From assembly GCA_036269115.1 (NCBI GenBank), contig DATAST010000081.1, positions 13,949 through 77,948 on the forward strand: a stretch of DNA of 64,000 nt. Direction: 5' to 3'. The notes beneath the pieces were generated by a model. That model worked only from the letters and a program-made list of their open reading frames with translations, did no database searches and was not told where the DNA came from. The number at the start of each line of letters is the position of its first letter. Within the stretch, counting starts at the first letter, position 1. The DNA is from Verrucomicrobiia bacterium. GTDB lineage: Bacteria > Verrucomicrobiota > Verrucomicrobiia > Limisphaerales > UBA11358. Shown here in pieces: positions 29,884 through 39,200 of this stretch. The translations under genes and the position numbers were made by a program.

Positions 29884-32358
29884 TTAGTTCCTTTGCGCCG
29901 GTTCAGAAACTGACGGATAAAAAATGCATGTGATACGCGTGCCATTGCCGGGCGCACTTTTCAAGTCTAAAGTGGCTCCGATAGTCCTGGCGCGGTATTG
30001 CATGATGCGCACACCCATGCCCTTGGAACTGCCGTTGCCGGGCTCAAAGCCGCTTCCGTCATCTTGTACGCTCAATTCATAGTGACCGCCCGCATGTTTT
30101 AAGGAAAGGGCTACGCGCGCCGCCTTTCCGTGTTTGACGGCATTCAGCACGGCTTCCTGGGCGATATAATACAGATGAGCAGCGACGCCGTTTTCAAGGA
30201 CGGGCGCCGGACCATTGCCGGCGAAATCGCATTTAATCTTGAACAGATTTGTCGCATTGGCCGCCAGGTCTTCCAGGGCAAGAACCAGCCCGCTTTCCTC
30301 CAAATGAACGGGAAACAAACCACGGGCGACGCTCCGAGTCTGGGTTATCGCTTCGTTCACAAGGCCGCCAATGCGTCCGGCTTCGGAAGCTTCAGGGAAA
30401 TTCTTCTCCTGAAGTTGGTCGGCCAGAATGTCCACCCGGTACGCGATACCCGCCAACTGTTGGCACACCCCGTCGTGAAGGTCGTGGCCAATGCGTTGCT
30501 GCTCGCGGTTGCTGATCTCCAAAATCTCGCGTTCCAGGCGTTTGCGTTCAGTGATATCGCGCGCGATGCCTTCGACCTCCACAGCCTTTCCCTGCTTTTC
30601 TACGATGCGCGCGCTGATTTCCAGTTTGATGCGTTGTCCCCGCCCGTCGGTGAAATCCCATTCCGCCGGAGGCATGGGCGCGTCCACGTGCCGGACTGTT
30701 ACTATTTTTTCAAACCAGCGTTCGGCGGCGTCGCGCTGTTCGTCGGCGATAAATTCGAATAATTTTCTCCCGGTGATCTCGTCGCGCCGTCGGCGCAAAA
30801 GTTCTTCGCCGGCGTGGTTCAGGGAAGTTATTTGGCCGGCGAGGTCGCAGGTGAACACCATATCGTTGGCGTTTTCAAAGAGATTTTCGTAGCGTTCCTT
30901 CAACGCAGCTTCGACCTGGAGTTTTTCGCGAATGATGCGCGTCTGTTTTTGGACCCGTCGGCGCAGGATAACAACCCAAGCGAATGCGGCCAGCACGATG
31001 ACGCCCAAAAGACCAATGGCCCAAAGCAATTTTTGCAGGTTCCACCACGGCGGCCATTGGAGCACAAACACGTCTCCGGCGGAACGCATCAGGATGCGAA
31101 ACGATTTGGCGCGCCAGGCCTGTCCAGCCTGCCAACTATTGCCGGTTTCGATGAGACAGACACCAGTGACGGCCACTTTGGTGCCGTTTTCCAAATATGC
31201 AAAATCGGTGCCGACACTCTTTCTTTCGAGATAAGCGTGGAAGATGAAACCGCTGGAGGTCTGCAACACGAGAAATTGCTCGCGGCTGTGGCGCGCACGA
31301 TCAAGGATTGTGGCCTCAATGCGGACGAGCCGGCAATCGTATGTGCCTTTTAATGCTTCGTCGGTGTCAATGGCAACCGGCTCCGGCTTCGGGCTGGAAC
31401 CAATTTTGCGGAACATGGCGTCCTGCAACATCGGTGTGTACTCGCCCTTGGCCGGAAAGCCGAGAACTTCCACGATGTCGCCCGGAAGCAATGGTCCAGC
31501 CTGCCGGGTTTCAACATAAAGTCCCTCGGTTTGGTCCTGGATGTATAGGACGTCGTCATCCTGACGATAAATGACTGTGCCGTTGACTTTTACGCGATGC
31601 CCATAGGGACCCTGCGGCGTGAATTGCAGGAGCCTTTCAATGGGGAGTGTGTCGGCAGCAAAAGGATTTTTTGGCTTGGCGTTTTGAATGACTAAATCGG
31701 AGGAATGCGGCACGAGCAGGCGAATGTCGAACAATTGGCGTTGATGGTTAAACTCAGTGACGCAAACACCGCGAACGGCAACGGTGCTGTCCACCAAATC
31801 TCCGCTTTGTGCCACCGGTAATTGTTTGGCGTAGGCGGTGACCCTGCCGCCACCGGTAGCAATGTCCACGAGGTAGTAACCGCTGGCCGCGTCGAATTGG
31901 GCCGCCCGGACCGTCCCCTGAATCTCGACAAACTGGCTATCCTCCTCGCCGCTGGCGACTTGTTCAAACGAGACCGGCAACGCTCCCGGAAATGTTCCGG
32001 AGCCAAAAATCTGAACGCTGCGAGCCATCACAACCGGGGCAAATTCGCCGGGATCAGCTTCGCCCTGGATCTCGATGTCCTGTCCGGCTGCCAGAGGCGG
32101 ACCGCCCGCCGATGCGGCCAGGCGGAAATAAATTCCTGCCGATTGGTCCTGGACGAAGTAGTAGTAATTGTTGGCATCACAGAATGTAACCACACCGCGC
32201 AACCGAACAGGGTAGTGAAGAGCAGCCTGGGCAGGCGTTAATTGCCGGACTTGTTCCGCCGTGGTCAAACCGTTGGTGACATTATTTTGTCCTCGTGCGG
32301 CAGCACTCAGAAGAGCGACCCAGCCGATAATGCGGACGACACGGAACATAGGGGTCAT
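29884..32358 (-). CDS. sensor histidine kinase (large periplasmic domain-TM-PAS-HisKA_3-HATPase)
   Basis: 824 aa with a signal/TM and an extracytoplasmic region of about 440 aa. The TM is LLWAIGLLGVIVLAAFAWVVIL, followed by a PAS-like segment. The H-box is QQRIGHDLHDGVCQQL (NarX/DegS type), and the ATPase motifs are DDGSGF ... GMGVRIM. Confidence 0.9.
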   Translation of the reverse strand: MTPMFRVVRIIGWVALLSAAARGQNNVTNGLTTAEQVRQLTPAQAALHYPVRLRGVVTFCDANNYYYFVQDQSAGIYFRLAASAGGPPLAAGQDIEIQGEADPGEFAPVVMARSVQIFGSGTFPGALPVSFEQVASGEEDSQFVEIQGTVRAAQFDAASGYYLVDIATGGGRVTAYAKQLPVAQSGDLVDSTVAVRGVCVTEFNHQRQLFDIRLLVPHSSDLVIQNAKPKNPFAADTLPIERLLQFTPQGPYGHRVKVNGTVIYRQDDDVLYIQDQTEGLYVETRQAGPLLPGDIVEVLGFPAKGEYTPMLQDAMFRKIGSSPKPEPVAIDTDEALKGTYDCRLVRIEATILDRARHSREQFLVLQTSSGFIFHAYLERKSVGTDFAYLENGTKVAVTGVCLIETGNSWQAGQAWRAKSFRILMRSAGDVFVLQWPPWWNLQKLLWAIGLLGVIVLAAFAWVVILRRRVQKQTRIIREKLQVEAALKERYENLFENANDMVFTCDLAGQITSLNHAGEELLRRRRDEITGRKLFEFIADEQRDAAERWFEKIVTVRHVDAPMPPAEWDFTDGRGQRIKLEISARIVEKQGKAVEVEGIARDITERKRLEREILEISNREQQRIGHDLHDGVCQQLAGIAYRVDILADQLQEKNFPEASEAGRIGGLVNEAITQTRSVARGLFPVHLEESGLVLALEDLAANATNLFKIKCDFAGNGPAPVLENGVAAHLYYIAQEAVLNAVKHGKAARVALSLKHAGGHYELSVQDDGSGFEPGNGSSKGMGVRIMQYRARTIGATLDLKSAPGNGTRITCIFYPSVSEPAQRN

Positions 32359-33173
32359 TCAGACTCGCTGTAAACGCGCACGAAGTCCACTTGCATTTCG
32401 CCCGGAAAGGCCGTGTTTGTATCCGGATCTCCCGCGTACACGCCGCCGATAGCGAGGTTCATGATAATATAAAACGGCTGATCAAATGGGGCGGGGTAAG
32501 GCGCGTTCGCCGTTGACCAATTCGTTTGCGTTTCATAGAGCTGATTGTCCACAAACCAACTGATTGAATTCGTGGACCATTGCAGCATGTAAGTATGGAA
32601 TTTATCCGCGCCGTTTCCGGGTGCAAAAGTATAGAGGTCTGTGGATTGAAGGTGCACGCCTTCGGAGCTGGAATAGTGAATCGTGCCCTGGACAACCGCA
32701 GGGTAATCGCCTTTGTTTTCCACGATGTCAATCTCTCCGCATTCGGGCCAGCCGCCATAGGCTGAATTCCTGGGCATAAGCCACAGGGCGGGCCAGTAAC
32801 CTTTGCCTTGGGGAAATTTTGCACGGAATTCAAAGCGCCCGTATTTCTGCGCGTACAAGCCCTCGCTCTTCATCCGGGCTGACGTATAGTCACAGCCATT
32901 GGTGGGCTCGCGGCGTCCCACGATATGCAGGAGGCCATCGCGCACATATGCGTTTTGGGAACGGCCCGTGTAATATTCCAGTTCATTGTTTCCCCAGCCA
33001 TTGTGGTTTCCGTTCTCAAACGTCCAGTGATTTGTGTCAATTTCCGCGCCGTTAAACTCATCATTCCACGTCAGGTTCCAACCGGCATGGGCGGATTCCG
33101 GCGCCAATTCAACTGTAAGCATGCCGGCAAATAGAATGAAAAACCAAAGAGCTTCTGAAACGTTCTTCATCAA
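32355..33173 (-). CDS. glycoside hydrolase family 16 (laminarinase/beta-1,3(4)-glucanase-like)
   Basis: Signal peptide, then the catalytic ExDxxE motif in WPECGEIDIVENKG, and a GH16 beta-jelly-roll pattern (WNDEFNG, YTSARMKS, WPALWLMP). The stop overlaps the kinase start (ATGA, 32355-32358). Confidence 0.9.
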   Translation of the reverse strand: MMKNVSEALWFFILFAGMLTVELAPESAHAGWNLTWNDEFNGAEIDTNHWTFENGNHNGWGNNELEYYTGRSQNAYVRDGLLHIVGRREPTNGCDYTSARMKSEGLYAQKYGRFEFRAKFPQGKGYWPALWLMPRNSAYGGWPECGEIDIVENKGDYPAVVQGTIHYSSSEGVHLQSTDLYTFAPGNGADKFHTYMLQWSTNSISWFVDNQLYETQTNWSTANAPYPAPFDQPFYIIMNLAIGGVYAGDPDTNTAFPGEMQVDFVRVYSESE

Positions 33174-33215
33174 TCCTGATGTTAAAATGCTTGCCTGTGA
33201 TTGCCAATCCTTCTT

Positions 33216-34856
33216 TCAAGGGGATTCAACCCGGTAATAGACAGCGCCATTGCCTGACGCCGGGCCGACGACAAAAGGATTTGTGGAACCTGTGAGGTCG
33301 GTCCAATCGGTGCCCAAAGAATTCGTTTGGGATTGCAAATGACCAACGATATTTGTTTGCCACGATAACACTATTTTCCCGTTTGACCGTGCTCCTGTCA
33401 GTTGGAGCGGGGCCGTCGGTTTATACACGCGGACGTAATCCACGAGCATTTGGCCCGGGAGACTGGCATTAATCGCGTTGGTAGTTGGATTTCCGAGGTA
33501 TTGACCGCCGACGGCGACGTTCATGAGAATATAAAACGGCACGTTAAACGGTGCTGGCGAAGGAAAGGTGCTGCTACTGGTGCCGATATTGCTCCACCAA
33601 TTGGTTTGGCTCTCGTAAAGGTGTCCGTCTACATACCAGTTGATCGCATTTGTGGACCATTCCAAAAGGTAAACGTGAAAATTGGTCACGGAATCGGAGC
33701 CGGGAAACGTGTAGGTTTGCGTGAAATACGTGTCGTATCCCCCGGCGCCGCCAAAGTGGATTGTGCCGCCTTCCTGATTGGTGACGGCCCCATTGTTTTC
33801 CATCACATCAATTTCGCCGGAATTGGGCCAGCCGCCATAAGGCGAGCTTTCCGGCAGCATCCAAAGCGCCGGCCAAAAACCAGGGCCCCACGGCAATTGT
33901 GCCCGCCATTCAATGCGCCCATACGTTGTGTAATAGAGTCCCAGGCTTTTGAGGCGGCCGGACGTGTAGAAAAATCCGTTGGTCGGTTGTTTCAAGGCGG
34001 CTATATGAAGATAGCCGTTGGCAACATAGACATTTTGGGTGCTCCTGGTGTAATACTCGTCCTCGTTATTGCCCCACCCGGGAACGTAATAACCTCCCGA
34101 ATAAAACCCGTTGCCAATGTCGTTGGTCCAATTATTTGTGTTAAGAGAATTTCCGTTGAACTCATCGCTCCAGACGATATTCCAATTGGGACCAAACGCC
34201 GTTGCGCTCATTTGATTGAGGCTCAAATCGTCAAAGTACATCGAACCGGGGGAATTATATTGGTCTCCCTGAAACACAATTTGATACCTCACAAAGCTCG
34301 TGCCGGGCGGCGCTACGAGGGTGTTTACCGTATTGGTGACGGCGTATGTCCCGGGGTCGTATTGGTTGGTGACGCGCAGGTCCACCCAGGTGTTTTTACC
34401 AAAAGCGCCGGTCGCTATGTCGTTAGTTGCGATGATCGTCGAGCGATAGAGGGCCAGGATATTTCCCGATATGTCGCGAAATGAGACCTCAAGCCAGGCG
34501 AGGTTTTGGCCTGCCAGGGCGTCGCCAGACGCGGTGTAGGCCCAGCCATCGGCGGAATAAACTGTTCCCGGGCCGGACACGGTATCCTGGAAAACGCCGT
34601 TATAATTGATCTGCCCGTTAAAAACCTGAAAAACCTTGAAGTATTGGTTCCCGCCGTGGGCGATGGCCGGGTTGTCATAAACGTAGACATTCGCACCGTA
34701 AATCTCCCACCCACCCGAATCACCCGTTTCAAAACCGGGATTAATGAGAACGTTCGCGGCTCGGAGATGTCCTGCCAATAGCAAAATCAGGAGAAATCCC
34801 GCACTGCGAATGGCCGCCGCGCCGGCGCAACGGACGGGAACCGCGCGTTTAAACAT
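33216..34856 (-). CDS. multidomain GH16 beta-glucanase (N-terminal CBM4/9-like module + GH16 + C-terminal module)
   Basis: CBM-like NVLINPGFETGDSGGWEIYG ... MYFDDLSL. The GH16 core is WSDEFNG ... WPNSGEIDVMENNG. About 68 aa of C-terminal module ends in AVYYRVESP. The start is at MFKRAV; the track ORF extends to 34889. Confidence 0.9.
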   Translation of the reverse strand: MFKRAVPVRCAGAAAIRSAGFLLILLLAGHLRAANVLINPGFETGDSGGWEIYGANVYVYDNPAIAHGGNQYFKVFQVFNGQINYNGVFQDTVSGPGTVYSADGWAYTASGDALAGQNLAWLEVSFRDISGNILALYRSTIIATNDIATGAFGKNTWVDLRVTNQYDPGTYAVTNTVNTLVAPPGTSFVRYQIVFQGDQYNSPGSMYFDDLSLNQMSATAFGPNWNIVWSDEFNGNSLNTNNWTNDIGNGFYSGGYYVPGWGNNEDEYYTRSTQNVYVANGYLHIAALKQPTNGFFYTSGRLKSLGLYYTTYGRIEWRAQLPWGPGFWPALWMLPESSPYGGWPNSGEIDVMENNGAVTNQEGGTIHFGGAGGYDTYFTQTYTFPGSDSVTNFHVYLLEWSTNAINWYVDGHLYESQTNWWSNIGTSSSTFPSPAPFNVPFYILMNVAVGGQYLGNPTTNAINASLPGQMLVDYVRVYKPTAPLQLTGARSNGKIVLSWQTNIVGHLQSQTNSLGTDWTDLTGSTNPFVVGPASGNGAVYYRVESP

Positions 34857-34892
34857 AGTCGTAATATAAAACGAAAACCAGGTTCTCACATA

Positions 34893-35780
34893 TTATTGCA
34901 CAAAACTTGTCGAGCGCTGCTGCAGCCATTGCAAATCGCCGCTGGTATCGCACCTCGGCCCGAGGCCGGTGGGGGGCGCAACCAGCGATTGAAAACCCAC
35001 AACCGCTCCGTCGTGCCAGACTTTTATTTCCGAATGACCGTCCGCAAAATTTAAGGCCGCGCCGTGAACATGGTAGCTCGCGGGGATATCCACCCAATTA
35101 CGAACTGCTGCGATATCGCAAACGAACATGCCGTCGTTAATGCTGAAGGGATTCTCATCTATCAGGACCCACCTCTCGGCCGGGGTCATAATGCGGGCCA
35201 ATTTGGTATAAATGACCTGCTGATGAACGGTTTTGTTGTAACCCTCCGTTTGGTTCCAATTATCATTGCCGGACACATTCATCCAGCAATTCATGGAATA
35301 ACTGCGCACTTTTATCAAACCCTGCAGGGCCACCGGATTGACGCAGGTATTGTCAGCGGGGCACTTATAGACCTTGAAGGTATTGATGTACGCATAAAGC
35401 AAACCCGCCTGCAGAAGGGCCACATTGGTTGCCCCTTGACTTAAGCTCTGCATGGATCCCAGGGCCCAGGAGCATTTGGACCCGCCGGGCTGCGCGTTGG
35501 AATCTGTGGGACTGGTCACCATATTCGCTTCGCCGGTTAATGGACACAAATTATCGTTGTTATCGTGAGCATACATAATCCAGCCGGTGCCCAATTGTCT
35601 TAAATTGTCCAAACATCCCATCCCCTGGGCCCGTTGTTCTGCTTTATTCAGAACCGGCAATAAAATAGCCGCAACGATCGCGATAATTGCGATAACCACC
35701 AGCAATTCAATGAGCGTAAAGGCAGCCCGCGTCCTGCCTGAACTTTCAGCATGTGTATCTCGCGGTACCATAAAAACCAA
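34893..35780 (-). CDS. prepilin-type N-terminal cleavage/methylation domain protein, H-X9-DG (DUF1559) family pseudopilin-like
   Basis: [29 protein letters not shown]-terminus and the C-terminal [16 protein letters not shown] (H-X9-DG). Confidence 0.9.
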   Translation of the reverse strand: MVFMVPRDTHAESSGRTRAAFTLIELLVVIAIIAIVAAILLPVLNKAEQRAQGMGCLDNLRQLGTGWIMYAHDNNDNLCPLTGEANMVTSPTDSNAQPGGSKCSWALGSMQSLSQGATNVALLQAGLLYAYINTFKVYKCPADNTCVNPVALQGLIKVRSYSMNCWMNVSGNDNWNQTEGYNKTVHQQVIYTKLARIMTPAERWVLIDENPFSINDGMFVCDIAAVRNWVDIPASYHVHGAALNFADGHSEIKVWHDGAVVGFQSLVAPPTGLGPRCDTSGDLQWLQQRSTSFVQ

Positions 35781-35792
35781 GTTTCCTTTATT

Positions 35793-37502
35793 TTACGGTT
35801 GGGTGTTAACGATATAATATCGGTGCGCGGTTCCCAGGGCGTCCGACACGGTCTTGACTGTGCCGTCGCCGGTAACTGATGTCAGCGTTTGCCAGGGGCC
35901 CTTGATGAGGTCTGTCGTGTACAGGACAGTATACTGCGGTCCGTACAACGTCGGGAACGAAAGCTTAAAGGTTGAACCAGCCAGCGTCGCAACTGGCGTT
36001 GTCTCATGCAACGTAACGTCGACCATATCAATGTAAACATCTCCGGCGCTGATGGCATCCGGCGCATGGTAACCGGGTTGAATCCGCATCGAAGCGGTCC
36101 CGGGCGGCGAAACAATCAATGGTCCAGTGCTGAGCAATGTGACGAAGTCGTTGGCATACTTGTTGGTTACAGGCATGTTGATCCAGACGTCCTGTGGAAA
36201 GTTCGTAGTGAACGGCGTTGATTCATAATCACAAATGAGACCGCCACTGCTGTTGTAAAACTGGATCTGGAGATTAACGGTGGCGCTGTTCACCAACGGA
36301 TAACCCAAATTTGCATCAGGTGTAAAAAACGAGGCGCTGGCCGTATAAATTTGGCCCGGCAGAGCCGGACGATCTTGAAAAACTCCCGTATAGCTGTTGA
36401 CGCCTCCGCTAAATTCAACCAGACAATTGGAGCCATCTATGACGGAGACGTCCGGATTGAGACTCGGATCAAATTGAGAATACCATTCGTTTGTGTCGGC
36501 GAACGATGTGCCGCCGTAGCTAAACCAGCCCACGCTTGAGACCGGGGCAAAAGCGTCACTCTCAAAACTGGGATCAATCACATAATTGGTTTCAGCCTGC
36601 GCCAGCGGTATCACCACGAGTGGCGCGCTGGATGACGCCGAGGCATCCGCGCTATTTGTGACTTCCACAGAATAGGTGCCCGCGTCCGCCGAAGTGACGT
36701 TTGTGATAGTCAGGACATTCCCGTTTGCGCCGCCAATATGACTGCTATTTACCAACGCATTTCCGTTATGCTGCCATTGATATGTAAACGGTCCATTACC
36801 GGTCGGGGTTTCCGTGAACGTCACGTTCTGGCCGGCCACGGCGGCCTGGCCAGTGAGTGCAGACGCTTCGATCGCCGGAATTTGAATCTGGTAGATCGCC
36901 ACGCCCAAATTCGGCATATTCGTTGGGTCGGCGTCAGGACCAATGGTTTCAAATCCATATTGTATGTGGGATCCGGTGCCGGTTTGCAGTGTAATGCTAA
37001 AAGGTTGTCCGCTCGCGGCAGTTGTGACAGCGGAATTGATTACGTTGTAATTTCCGTCGAATTCCTTGATGAAAACGGTGGACGTGTAAGGACTGCTAAA
37101 CGTGTTGCTGATACAATTACCGCTGAATTGAAGGTTCTGGCCTTCGAGCGTGTCGTTTTGCACATAATAACTTGCGTCCGTTTGTTTATTGGGGCTGATG
37201 CCGTCTCCCTGAACCCAATAGGTATCTGTGGTTTCCCAAACGTTTGTGCAAGGTTGGATGATGAGGGTGCTGTACGGCGGGGTGCTTGAATTATAATTCG
37301 CTCTTAGATCCTTTGTTCCCCAGGGCTGGCCGAACTGGTAGGCGCCCCCGGCTGATGGAAGAGCAAAAACGTTCATATAACCAACCCACTTCTGGGTTGG
37401 ATCCAAAAGCAACTGGGTTTGCGCGTTGCCGCGGAAAGACCCACAAATGAAAACAGACACGGCCAGCGCTGTGACAGCCAGGGTTTCAAAGTGTAATTTC
37501 AT
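35793..37502 (-). CDS. secreted surface protein: N-terminal beta domain + Ig-like (I-set) + CBM4/9-like + C-terminal module (putative glycan-binding protein)
   Basis: Signal peptide, then an Ig unit GQNVTFTETPTGNGPFTYQWQHNG...AGTYSVEVTNSA. A CBM-like segment runs NYVIDPSFESDAF...VYIDMVDV, similar to the N-terminus of the 33216..34856 GH16. The C-terminus ends in HRYYIVNTQP. Confidence 0.8.
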   Translation of the reverse strand: MKLHFETLAVTALAVSVFICGSFRGNAQTQLLLDPTQKWVGYMNVFALPSAGGAYQFGQPWGTKDLRANYNSSTPPYSTLIIQPCTNVWETTDTYWVQGDGISPNKQTDASYYVQNDTLEGQNLQFSGNCISNTFSSPYTSTVFIKEFDGNYNVINSAVTTAASGQPFSITLQTGTGSHIQYGFETIGPDADPTNMPNLGVAIYQIQIPAIEASALTGQAAVAGQNVTFTETPTGNGPFTYQWQHNGNALVNSSHIGGANGNVLTITNVTSADAGTYSVEVTNSADASASSSAPLVVIPLAQAETNYVIDPSFESDAFAPVSSVGWFSYGGTSFADTNEWYSQFDPSLNPDVSVIDGSNCLVEFSGGVNSYTGVFQDRPALPGQIYTASASFFTPDANLGYPLVNSATVNLQIQFYNSSGGLICDYESTPFTTNFPQDVWINMPVTNKYANDFVTLLSTGPLIVSPPGTASMRIQPGYHAPDAISAGDVYIDMVDVTLHETTPVATLAGSTFKLSFPTLYGPQYTVLYTTDLIKGPWQTLTSVTGDGTVKTVSDALGTAHRYYIVNTQP

Positions 37503-37832
37503 AAGGTTTCAGAGGTTATTTCTTTCTCATTAAGCTTCTCGTGGTGGCGATGTAGTATTTTATATCACAATACACAATAAGCGTCAACGTTTATTTTAAA
37601 GCTTTTGAAAATCAACGAGCATAACTGTAACATTTTAACCAGCAGCACTTTATATCCACATAAAACGTGAAGCTTTTGGTGGATGTGGGGAAAAACGTGC
37701 CGGCAAAGTGACGGAGATGAAAAATTTTTGAAAAATTTAGGCGTCTCGGGGGTGGAAACTTTTCTTCGGCAGAAAAGATGAGACGATATCCAGGGATGTC
37801 ACATGGATTTAACCTCGTTGACTGAACATTTT

Positions 37833-38621
37833 CTACAAGGATGGTCTAATAATACGAACGGGAATTTTTTGGCCGGCTAAAAATTGTTTTACGTCGGCCA
37901 CGGTATAGTTGCCAAAATGGAAAATGCTCGCAGCCAGGACGGCATCGGCCTTGCCCTCGTTGAGGACTTCGGCCATGTGTTCCAGCGTGCCCGCGCCGCC
38001 GCTGGCCACCACAGGTACGCCTACAGATTCGCTAACCCGCCGCGTAACTGTCAGGTCAAATCCGGCCTTCGTGCCGTCCGCATCGATCGAATTCAAAACG
38101 ATTTCGCCCGCGCCGAGCGCGACAGCTTTGCGCGCCCAATCCACCGCTTCAAGTCCCGTCGGCTTTCGTCCGCCGTGGGAAAACACTTCCCATTTGTCAG
38201 GCCCGGTCCGCTTGGCATCAATGGAAACCACGATGCACTGGCTTCCAAATTTTTCCGCCCCGGCGCGAATCAATTCCGGATTGGCCAGCGCGGAGGAATT
38301 GATGCTGACCTTGTCCGCGCCGGCGCGCAGCATAGTGAACATATCGTCAACCGACTTAATGCCGCCGCCCACAGTCAGAGGCATGAAGCATTCATTGGCA
38401 GCCCGCTCAATGACGTCAACCATTGTCGCCCGTCCATGCGCGCTGGCAGTGATGTCAAAGAAAACCATTTCGTCGGCGCCCTGTTCGTTGTAACGCATGG
38501 CCAATTCGACAGGATCACCCACATTTCGCAATTCGCCGGCCTCGGCCTTGCCAAACTGAACACCGCGCGTGACCTGGCCGTCGTGAACGTCCAGGCACGG
38601 AATAACACGTTTTGCAATCAC
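37833..38621 (-). CDS. hisF: imidazole glycerol phosphate synthase, cyclase subunit
   Basis: [38 protein letters not shown] and [15 protein letters not shown]. 262 aa. Confidence 0.95.
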   Translation of the reverse strand: MIAKRVIPCLDVHDGQVTRGVQFGKAEAGELRNVGDPVELAMRYNEQGADEMVFFDITASAHGRATMVDVIERAANECFMPLTVGGGIKSVDDMFTMLRAGADKVSINSSALANPELIRAGAEKFGSQCIVVSIDAKRTGPDKWEVFSHGGRKPTGLEAVDWARKAVALGAGEIVLNSIDADGTKAGFDLTVTRRVSESVGVPVVASGGAGTLEHMAEVLNEGKADAVLAASIFHFGNYTVADVKQFLAGQKIPVRIIRPSL

Positions 38622-38823
38622 CCTGTCATTGAAAACACAGTGCAGGCCAAAGCAAAGGAAAATGATGCGCTCCGGTTAGGAGATACGGCATCGCCCGCCT
38701 CTATAGAATTTCTATCATCGCTGTATGTACTTGCAGTGGTGCATTTTCCGGAAGATTGCTTTCGGGATATTTTTCCGCATTCGGCATATGAATTGCTAAT
38801 ACTTCTCCAATCAATTGAATCTT

Positions 38824-39024
38824 ATGAAGACCAACCCGGTATTTGACGAGCCCCTCCTTCCATCTCTTTTTCAATTCGCCGACCGCTCGAATAGCTTGCC
38901 TGCCATTAAGACGGTTAAGGACCGGTCTGCGCTTGCGGACTTGATGCTGAACCCCAGGAGGCTCGAAGCAATCCTGAAAGCCATCGGTAAAAGGAAGAAG
39001 GCCGCGCCAAAGCGGGCCAGCTAA
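38824..39024 (+). CDS. small hypothetical protein with a basic C-terminus
   Basis: 66-aa ORF in an otherwise empty 500-nt gap. There are no recognisable motifs, so it may be non-coding. Confidence 0.25.
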   Translation: MKTNPVFDEPLLPSLFQFADRSNSLPAIKTVKDRSALADLMLNPRRLEAILKAIGKRKKAAPKRAS

Positions 39025-39200
39025 AATAATTCGTTGACCTTTGCCGGTGGATGGTTAGTCTCACCGACGAGTCAGGCCGCGTAGGAGCTATAGGGCTGCG
39101 CAAAGTTTGTTTCCGCTCAGGCTAATTGTTCGTTTTTTTATCGTATTGCCACCCTATGGGAGTGTTGTTGGCATTTGCCCTGCTCAACACGCGGTTTCAA

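Noticed and set aside
33402-34484. 360-aa plus-strand ORF
   Set aside because: It is antisense to the multidomain GH16 gene and has no recognisable motifs. The GH16 frame has the catalytic ExDxxE and a signal peptide.
37652-37660. DnaA-box-like ATATCCACA (8/9) as evidence for an origin
   Set aside because: It is a single near-match in a promoter-like AT-rich spacer far from dnaA. No cluster of boxes is present.
37884-38846. 320-aa plus-strand ORF
   Set aside because: It is antisense to hisF, whose translation carries all the family motifs. This is a typical shadow ORF in GC-rich coding DNA.
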